Source: Oikopleura dioica (taxonomy: Eukaryota > Animalia > Chordata). Taken from it: a DNA stretch of 64,000 nucleotides. The DNA is taken from positions 1,178,001 to 1,242,000 of the forward strand of contig OU015570.1 of NCBI GenBank assembly GCA_907165135.1. The letters run 5' to 3'. Positions within the stretch are counted from its first letter, which is position 1; each line of letters begins with the position of its first letter. Positions 57,653 through 64,000 of the stretch are shown here, one piece after another. A program made the translations under genes and the position numbers. The notes under the pieces are model-generated. The model saw only the letters and a program-made list of their open reading frames with translations, did not search any database and was not told the DNA's origin.

Positions 57653-59933
57653 GGTCAGTGCTTTTTCTTCTTGCTGTCCTTTTTTCATCCGTTTTTATTC
57701 CAGTTTCACCTCATTAAAGCTAAGAATTCAATTTCACAGTTTTATTTTTGAGCATCAAATAGCATAAAATCATGGTGTAGCTTTATTCGGAGTCGGAAAT
57801 GATTCCTCAGAATCGGAAGAATCAGAATCGGATGATTCAGAAGACGGTCGATCATTTACAAAAATTGTCCGTTATCTCGATGGAACTGGTAGTTCCGGAG
57901 CTAATATTAAATAGAATCATAAATTTCATAAAGATAGGTTAAAGAAATTTATGGCTTCGATTTTTTGGATCAGGGTTTTCATTGGCCGCTAGGCAAAATA
58001 CATCAATCTTATTGGTTATTCAAAAATGCACTTCCATAAATTGCTTTTGTCCATAAACTCACATGGTTCCGGCAGAGGATAATCACTTTCCTCTTCACGA
58101 TAAGGATAGCTATCTTCCTCAAAGTAAATTTCCTCTTCAGAATTCTCCTCATTCTCTTCCTGAAAGTATTTTTTAGTTAACGAAAGAGGAGTGATAAGGT
58201 AACAAAGCTGATAAAATCAACGATAGAAGAAATCTTCGCGTCTTCCAAAACACTGACAACAACCAAAGAAGCAGTTCAAATCTGGCAATTAAGGTAACCG
58301 TCAAACTTACATTTCCTTGCTTCCATATTTTATAAATTGAGTCTTCGTAATCGGGCATATGATACTTCTCCCTCAAAAACTCATCAATTCTCTTCTCCTC
58401 AGCCTTCAATTCTTCTGACTTAAAGTCTAGCCATGCATCCCTTTCACCAGAAATCAGTGGATAAAGAAAATCATTATGTTTTCGAGCCAAGTTTTTCAAT
58501 TCCAATCGTTCTTCATAGGTTTTTTCATAAAAGTCCTTCTCCTCCTTATTGGCCATTTCAATTTCTTCTTCCTCCGATCTCATCTTGTCCACCCTTTTTT
58601 TAGACCCTTACGTTCCTTCAAATACTGGGCTCTACGCCGTTTCTCTTCTCTGATCATCTGTTTTCTATTTGTTTCTTTTTCAACCTCTTTCTTCTTCTTT
58701 TCTGCGTTTTCCTTACGCTCTTTTTTATTTTGTTCAATTTGTTGACGCTTTCTTTCTTTTTCTTCATCCCTTTTCTTTTTCTTATTTTCTGCCTCCTCTA
58801 TTTCTTCTGGTGTTTTAACCCTTTTTTGGGCCTTTTTTGATAATTGTTTTCAGTTTTTTGAGTTCTTCAGCCGCACTCACTTTCCATGTCTCATTTTTTG
58901 GCAAAATCTGAGGGTATTTTTTAGTCTCCACAGTCAACCCAGAAGCTCCGGAAGTGACGTTTATCGGGACACTTGCAACAACTGGACGACGTTCAAGGCC
59001 ACTTACAGAAGGTAGAGAGTCCAAAATGATGTTTTCATTTACATGAGCACTTTCCGCAAAGATGATAAGCGAATTTGTATTCTTTGGAGAAATCCCGTTC
59101 AGTGACTTTTCTGACTTCGACTTGCAATCGAAATTACAAGAAATGCGTTCGAGTTGCGAAAATGGACTACTGCGGTCATTTGATGAAGCAATGTTTTGAC
59201 ACTCGGGCGTCAATGTTGCTGGTACTTCATCAATAGTAAGTCGATTATCGTGAAGCTCACATTCTCCATTTTCAAAAAGCTGATCAATTTGATCATCATT
59301 GAAAATTTCAGCAGGCGCCACTTCCACAAGCTCAACCACTTCGTCACCTGGAGTAGCGGATGGGTATAAAGGTTGCTCCTCTGGCGTTATGGTAAGCTTA
59401 ATTTATTTCAGTCATTGAAAATTAAAAAAGTACTCATATCACTTGTTATTTCTATAATACAAGACAAGAAATATGAACTTCTTTTTGATTCTTTAACAAA
59501 GGCGATGAGTTGATCCTTGTTCTTTAACATCTGCTCTGCTTTTTTTTTGAACAGAACATTTTAAGACACGTGTCTAAGGCAAAGGGCTTAATCTCATCAT
59601 AATCAGCCGAAGTAGTCATTTTTTCATGTAGCCGTCGAAGTAGTTCAAATCTCAAAAGGTATCCAAGTTTTTGACCACGTTTTTGTACTGGAAGAAGAAC
59701 ATCAGTTTCAGAAAGGTCATTTTTGATACGCTTTATTTTTTCCGCTCGTACCAATTCTATGACTTTTTTAAGGTCATATACTTTTCCAATTCCAGCAAAA
59801 GTCAAGCATGCATGCTGAAAATAAATATTTTTTAGGTCTTTCCTTGATTTCAACTGACCCAACACTCGACACTATTGTTTGTCGCGTCGACAACGTTCTT
59901 CGAAGCTTGACGAGCTACTTCAGCACTCCATGT

Positions 59934-60794
59934 TGTAAGGGAGAATATCCCTTACAATAGTGTCTGAGTGGAGAGAGCAGTATCCTGTTCTCAGTAACAG
60001 AGACTTACCCGGTGTTTGGTCGCCGGAGGGCGCTAATTGAGTGAAAATGCTAGGCAAGAGTTGCTCTTGCCCGTAGCAAATGCCTGTGATCATTTCTGGT
60101 TACTTCCGGTAACTTCCGGTTCACTTCCGGTGACGTCAGGTGACTTCCGGTTCACTTCCGGTTCACCTCTAAATCATTGCTATAAGTGTACATCCATTCA
60201 TATACCTTACAAGAGCATAACTGAGCTAATGCTCACTTGAAACAGCGCCACCTGGTACATGCTCTCGCGCCCCACCTAGTGTCAGCTCTCGAGCGACACC
60301 TAGTGGACACTCAGGAATAGCTCTCTAGTGACCTCTAGTGGTGGCTCAGTTGCGCCACCTATGGTGAGCACAAAGCTTGAGATCTCATCCTGATTCATCA
60401 GTGACTGAGGATCGACTTCATTCGATGAAGGTCCTGGAACATTCTGGACACCCTTACTCACTATGACTCACGATTACGAAGGATGACATCATTTGGAGAA
60501 TCTACTCGAATATTCCATCACTGTTCAAAGAAGCTTGAAGATTCATCTATCCCGATCAAGGAGCTTCTCGACTGTTCTTATTTTCCCTTTTCTGTACTAT
60601 ATAAAGCGTGCACCTTGCTGTTAGTTCATTATTATAATTCAGTAGAATAAAACCGACAAAAACAACTTGACTCTCTTTTATCCAGCAGAAACCAGCAGTA
60701 CCCGAAGAAGCGACAGCAAGTGCAGCACCAACAACTAGGACTCATAGAGTACTAGTGGACTAGAGAGACCCCCCAGAGATTCTTCTCCTTTATA
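59934..60794 (+). mobile_element. Solo LTR (861 bp) inserted in the MULE transposase
   Basis: 5-bp TSD CATGT at 59929-59933 and 60795-60799; termini TGTAAGGGAGA / TCTCCTTTATA; TATATAAA at ~60598 and AATAAA at ~60646. Removal restores PPATWSAEVA. Confidence 0.85.
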
Positions 60795-61028
60795 CATGTT
60801 GCCGGTGGGAATTGACTATCGTGACGCAAGTAAGTTTTGAAGAGGTAATTTGATAGTGAAATTCACGCAGATCGATCGCTTGCCTGTACTTTTTCGAACT
60901 CGTTCATCAAGACTGAGGCGTAAAGAGCGTAAATCGATGGATCCGTCAGGTCAAAATATGAAGCGGCATGTATAACCGCCTTTAAACTGGTAGCCTTGAT
61001 TCGTTTTTAAAATTTCTTTTAGCCAGGC

Positions 61029-61172
61029 ATGGTTTTGGGAAAAGTTCGAAAGGAATGGAAAGCTGAATACTTCAACTATGGTTTTGGGAAGAGTTCGAAA
61101 GGAATGGAAAGCTGTATACTTCAACTATGGTTTTGGGAAGAGTTCGAAAGGAATTGAAAGCCGAATACTCAA
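61029..61172. repeat. 49-bp unit x3 inside the MULE coding region
   Basis: ATGGTTTTGGGAA(A/G)AGTTCGAAAGGAAT at 61029, 61078 and 61127. Confidence 0.85.
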
Positions 61173-64000
61173 AGGTAATATTGAAAACTGTTCCTTTTTG
61201 TACTGCACTGTCAAGCCTTAACTTGCTGCATACCGTAAAACCGCTTGTTCGAAATGAAAAGCGCATCCATAGAGCAGAATATTTCGCTCCGTAAAAACTG
61301 TTCTGGCTGCCAATCTGCTAGCAGCTTCGAAATCAGCCATAATTGAAGTGAGGCAGATGTCCTCTCCCAATAATGTCTTGTAGGAGCGTTAATAATCGAA
61401 TTCTAATACTACTCGAAGCCGCAAGCGGCTTTTCAATTTAAAGAAGCAATTTAACTTAGATAACAATCGGAATTCCAGCGAAAATATTTTTTGAGCTTTT
61501 CCTTTATACCATGAAAAAGTCCAAGGTAAGTTTCAGCATCATCTTTATCAAAGACAAGGTTCGACAATTTGCCATAAAATTTGACCCTCGAAGCCTCGAT
61601 CTCTATGACTCTTATCATCTATTTCAGTGATCGATGGACTGCTCAAATTCTGGCCAAAGTCACACTCGCGCAAGAAGTTTATGTTCCTCAACGAGCTCGA
61701 AGAAATATTGGACGTTATCGAACACGAAGAATTCGCGAAAATCATACGACCCCTCACAGGTACCATCTTGTCCCTCTCCAATTCGAAATAATTCGTGTTC
61801 TAGCTTTTTGACTTTATCGACTCGCTCACAGATTTGGTCATTTTGGTCTACAGAAAGAGCCACATAATAATGACTAGATAAAGGTAACTGAAGTAAAATC
61901 TAGTAAAACCCTAAACAATAGCCAAATTGTCGAACCCTGATCGAGGAGAGAAATAAAACGCGGAGTGAAGTTTAAGAGCCTTAGGAAAGTACTTTCCGTC
62001 CATTGACCATTTTTTTTTCGTTTTGAGATAATATGAATCCCTGTCGGAGCAAAAGCAAGGAATCCGGTCAAAAATAGGATGTTGCTTGTCTGGAGGGAGA
62101 AATAGATTTGAAATTCGCCAACGAATATCTTTTAGTAGTTTAAAGTAATTAGAATAAAAATATTTTTTCTAGGACTCTGGCAATTTGGAGAAAAGGATTT
62201 AGAAAACGAGATTTGGCGAAAATTCATCGATCCGCGGATACAACGTCTACAGAACATTCCAATCGCACGTTATTTGAAATACAAAGCCAAGTTTGTTTCA
62301 ATCAAAATAAACGGTATAATATTTCAATAAACTTTTCCTTTTTGAAGAAAATTAAGACGATCTTCCAACTCAATGCTCAATGGGGCGGAAGTTTCTTTAG
62401 TTTTGTTGAGTTTTTGCTCAAATCGTCTTGATTTTTGAGTGACATTTCTTAGCTTTTTGTCGCCGTAGAAGGTCTTGTAGTTGTCATCAGAAAAAGAAAG
62501 AGCTGCCATAATTTCGTCTCGCAATGCACCTTGACTTAGTTTGCCTGTAGTTTTTCTTCGATTCCATCTTTCAAGGCAGTCTATATACTTTCGTACCCAC
62601 TCTTCCCAGCCATTAGAATCACAGCAATCATCAAAATGGGATCTACTGCATTCCAACTCCGAAAGCAAAAATTATCAGCACTCAAAAAATCCTCAGAATT
62701 TATATCGCATGACTTGCAAAACAATATGACCTTTCCACCACATTTGTTCTTTTTTCTTTCGGAGCAGTCCATCTTCATCCAGTATTTGTAAACTACAAGG
62801 TAATTAAAAAACCCGGCTTTGTAATTCTTTTTCATGTTCCGCATGAACAGTAGGAACGCTTCTTTATCAACCTTTGACAGCAACAAGGAAGAAACTAACT
62901 AGTGGAGGCTTCATTCCTCCTTCAAGGCTCTTTCAAGATTGATGTAAGACTAATACAAGCTTTCTACATTCAGTTTTGCTTTAGCTGAAGAAAATGACTA
63001 GAGACAGGCTCGAAGCACCAAGAGTTTCTGACAAGAAAATGTGCGACTTTATACATGCTTAAATGTCAGTCCAGAAAGCCTCAAATAAATGACCAACGTT
63101 CTTTCAGAAATTCTTCAAGTCTTTGCTGGCCAGAAATCAAAGTTTGATAAAGAAGGGTTTCACATCGAAAATTTTACCTGGCTCCTCTTTAGCCTCAATT
63201 TTTTTAATGCTTTTTCAAGTGGTAGTCGTGGCACAAACCAGCTGGTTTCAGTTCCACATCTTATTCCTACATGAAATGTACGGACAGTAGGAATTAGTGA
63301 TAAGAATTCTGGACACTCGACGTTGCCTGAGCAGGGCCTTTCGGAAAACTCAAATTCTGTCGGTCACCGACTCGGTGGAGTTCTTGGCTTAAGACTCCCG
63401 AGCATTTTCTCTTTGTTAAAAAAAGATTTTGATTTGATTAAAATTATCTAATTGCAATCTGATGAAAATTTTAATTACATAATAGTACCGGCATGCCTAT
63501 CCTGCGTCTCGCAGTCTTTAGTCTAGTAGACCTGCGACAATTCATAATTCTTGTGAATTCATAATGAAAAGAACACATTAGAATTATCATTTTATTCAGC
63601 TTTATTTTTGATTCACATGATGAAAATTATATTTCAGAATATTTTTGCAGAAAATATGGAAAAATCTAATTGTTGAGCCTCATCTGCCCAGAAGCTTCAT
63701 CTGCCCAGAAGCCTCATTCTCCCAGGCTTTTGCAAAAAGCATTTGGAAAAAGCCGGTATTAATCCAATTTCTCGATTCCACCTCAAAGGACGCGCTATAA
63801 CGATACATGAGTCTCTCTCAAAATGCTTTTCAAATGATAATTCAGTAAAAACTATTCGTGATTTTCAGTCAAAAATCCTTCGGTTCTCATTTGCTTGGCT
63901 GATAAAGAAAACAAAATTTTATTATTTGATAAATCTAAATATTTTGATCTTTTACTAAATGAGTTCTCGGGAGAAAATTTTCAGCGATTAGATAGTAATC

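Larger units (their letters stand above)
57960..63405 (-). pseudogene. Mutator-like (MULE) transposase gene, multi-exon, decayed
   Basis: FLYWCH-like YWMKMDCSERKKNKCGGKV (~62780); IMADFEAASRLAARTVF and YGCAFHFEQAVLR (~61340-61240); ATNNSVE (~59875); K/E-rich C-terminus. Confidence 0.85.

Overview
Gene-poor, AT-rich eukaryotic window made mostly of transposable elements. The 45-55 nt GT-AG introns, AG acceptors just before start codons and an env-bearing Ty3/gypsy element suggest an animal such as the larvacean Oikopleura (inference, not proven). From left to right: (1) a decayed env-bearing Ty3/gypsy (Tor-like) element, 1-11272, with gag, pol split by two MITEs, a class-I-fusion-like env, an extra antisense ORF, PPT and 3' LTR. 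(2) A 15.3 kb tyrosine-recombinase (DIRS/PAT-like) retroelement, 12620-27925, minus strand, bounded by two 295-bp direct repeats that look identical. Besides RT-RNaseH-methyltransferase and YR it carries about nine further ORFs. Its notable features are spliceosomal introns, a 3' splice acceptor before almost every downstream ATG, a possible Gag/Gag-Pol switch by alternative splicing, an RGG/prion-like segment, an MGNCFGKK micro-protein and at least 17 hairpins sharing a GCGA/TCGC loop. This element is the best candidate for an undescribed system. (3) Nested MITEs, LTR and integrase remnants, an intronless RING-H2 gene, a 406-aa orphan ORF before a PPT-LTR, an ADP/ATP translocase pseudogene, a 57-bp satellite, a hAT-related transposase and a MULE transposase disrupted by a solo LTR. 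Many frameshifts are single-base losses, mostly in homopolymers, and may be sequencing errors. All analysis was by eye; no searches or alignments were run.
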